Notes under the pieces: model-generated
Told to the model about the DNA's origin: nothing
The model's input: only the letters and a program-made list of their open reading frames with translations
Database searches by the model: none
Position numbers and translations under genes: made by a program
Assembly: GCA_963678315.1 (NCBI GenBank)
Contig: OY782781.1
Coordinates: 448,001 to 512,000, forward strand
DNA from: Candidatus Cloacimonadales bacterium
GTDB lineage: Bacteria; Cloacimonadota; Cloacimonadia; Cloacimonadales; JAFGVF01
Length of the DNA: 64,000 nt
Reading direction: 5' to 3'
Shown here: in pieces, positions 63,201-64,000 of the stretch
Position numbering within the stretch: the stretch's first letter is position 1
How the letters are laid out: each line of letters starts with the position of its first letter

Positions 63201-63427
63201 TCATCCATATCTTGAATCTCTTCTTCTATCTTGTTAACAACATTTCTTTCCATCTCTTCTGGAGAAACTCCACGGTAAGTGATGGTAATGTTAAATGCCC
63301 CCATATCTATAGCAGGCATCTCCTCCTTAGGAATTGTGTACATTGTATAGAATCCACCAACATATACTAAAATCATTAGCATATTGATTAGAATAGGATT
63401 CTTTACAGAAAATTTAGCTAGTGACAT
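60275..63427 (-). CDS. RND efflux permease (AcrB/AcrD/AcrF family)
   Basis: 1050 aa, GMIVDDAIIVLENI, GVVVNDSLVLVD, RLRPIIMTT. Confidence 0.95.
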   Translation of the reverse strand: MSLAKFSVKNPILINMLMILVYVGGFYTMYTIPKEEMPAIDMGAFNITITYRGVSPEEMERNVVNKIEEEIQDMDDIDYISSTSQEGVANIFVQMESNANMERAWNDINAEVDKVKDLPENANDPNIIEINMREINDICAVIISGDKDPNIMRDIVEDFEDELLKIDHISKYETSGIQDREFWIEVNNDRMNEYNLTYNDIMGVVASTNSNTPGGELDVGSSQYLVRTMAEYETVKDIEDQIIKMNSNGAAIRLKDIATVLDTLEERETIGKYNGVTGANISVYKKEDGNIIDVVADIRELCEKYENNIPGISAEVRNDGSIRVENSINTLSSNAIMGIVLVFIVLLIFLGWKNAFYAAWGIPFSFLLTIIFMDYFDVTLNNLSLFGLILVLGMIVDDAIIVLENIHRYAEMGYSKYEAAIKGTQEIMWPVIAAVATTISAFLPLLWMEGMMSKFLGNFTIVVILALTASLIECLLLLPSHVAEFGTAKIHEEKEHKLHSYLTKRYRASITWVLKHRFISLLVLIMGLIGSGAMLASGAVGFEFFPKSTPKTLKVILETEVGSSLDKTNVVVTNLEEAIMGIDQKIDIESIVSNIGMYRESHRTETASNYAEVSIDLIDADQLQNDYQDIKKSVIRELDKVKGIKLYKLKEASRGGPRSEYDIELRVYGDDIATLDKISEYLISELEVIPGLEEIESSQDNGKSEIRIIPNTEALYMYGLTEANITSTVATALYGSTISKFRGSGLEEYDIIVKSDESQLSSFSDLENLKIRTRSGSLVPLKDLAKFDIQQGYSKIEHYDLERKYTVTAQCGYYEKDGEKIKQVPGQVISQLKGSKVKNTEGVLSDFEEKYPGYKLEYGGIEKQQSETYSKLGLAFIVAVLMIFTILATQFKSYVKPLIVMSALPFAFIGVTLGLFVTGLSFSMMTMIAVLALAGVVVNDSLVLVDFINKEREAGRDRWNSLINAGAIRLRPIIMTTVTTIAGFMPMILSDSVATADWKPMAVAIAFGLGFATVLTLFLVPVLYSFEDSVKAKFSKRGDKTTIKEALEKK

Positions 63428-63436
63428 CTATAACTC

Positions 63437-64000
63437 CTAAGAATTGCTTTTAACTATTACTTGTTGGCCATCAGAAAGTTTACCCATGCTATCAGCAACT
63501 ATTTTATCACCAGGATTAAGTCCACTTGTGATTATAACAAAGTCATTAATCATTTCACCAAGTGTAACTTGTTGCTCATAAACTTTATCTCCCTTAACTA
63601 CATAAACATAGTTTTGGTCATAACGCTGTTCTACTTTATCAAACTTGATAGCTACTTTATCATCTGAAGTCTTTTTGTTTATCTCTAAGTTGATAATCAT
63701 ACCAGAAAGCATTCTTCCTGGATTCTTAAACTTGATTTCTATTGGGTATAATGAATCGCCTATTTTAGCACTTCTACCTATTCTCTCAACCTTACCAACA
63801 GTAGGAATAGTATTACCATTACATGAGATATTAACATCATCGCCAACATCTACAAAATGTACATAGTTCTGTCCAATACCTGTTCTAACAATGATTGTTT
63901 GGTCGTCTACAATAGAACAAACAACAGAATTAGCATTGATATTCTCGCCTACTTTGATAGGTAAATAACTTATATAACCAGAAGCAGGAGCTTTTAGAAC
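63437..64000 (-). CDS. RND periplasmic adaptor (MFP), 5' end outside the window
   Basis: The frame is open from 64000 (VLKAPASGYI...VGE), ending V.LG...I.SGL.PGD.IV; directly upstream of the RND permease. Confidence 0.88.
   Translation of the reverse strand, partial: VLKAPASGYISYLPIKVGENINANSVVCSIVDDQTIIVRTGIGQNYVHFVDVGDDVNISCNGNTIPTVGKVERIGRSAKIGDSLYPIEIKFKNPGRMLSGMIINLEINKKTSDDKVAIKFDKVEQRYDQNYVYVVKGDKVYEQQVTLGEMINDFVIITSGLNPGDKIVADSMGKLSDGQQVIVKSNS

Overview
AT-rich bacterial chromosomal window. The lineage is probably Candidatus Cloacimonadota or a related FCB-group anaerobe; this is inferred from three secreted proteins ending in the YPNPFNPET...WNG...KM(M/V)L(L/M)K FlgD-Ig/T9SS-CTD-like domain and from amino-acid fermentation genes (arcA, kamDE, peptidases). 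Housekeeping content includes efp, pgk, aroK, rmuC, corA, rlmH, rsmG-parA-parB, a complete F1Fo ATP synthase operon, a uraA-like permease and an RND pump. The top finding is a hidden candidate selenoprotein: the ORF-track calls 42446..42889 and 42911..44851 are one reading frame broken by a single TGA in a C-E-S-U (CxxU) motif, followed at once by a GC-rich SECIS-like hairpin. Read through, it gives a 742-aa signal-peptide-bearing, CTD-tagged protein (42623..44851). About 2.3 kb downstream is an extracytoplasmic thiol-redox operon (DsbD with a duplicated N-terminal domain, Omp28-like CxxC lipoprotein, TlpA, DUF6029-like barrel, CTD protein). Other unusual features: a Na+-type ATP synthase with both a normal c subunit and a triplicated 250-aa c subunit whose middle hairpin has E->Q; an MrfA/YprA-type helicase with an inserted HNH nuclease next to MrfB; an RloA/RloB (AbiL-like) pair; a Zn-ribbon DUF4295-like small protein after efp; intergenic mosaics of several REP-like palindrome families; and an IS21 element that has split one such palindrome, leaving a 7-bp target duplication. 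No rRNA, tRNA or CRISPR array was recognised. All family assignments come from motif recognition by eye, not database searches.
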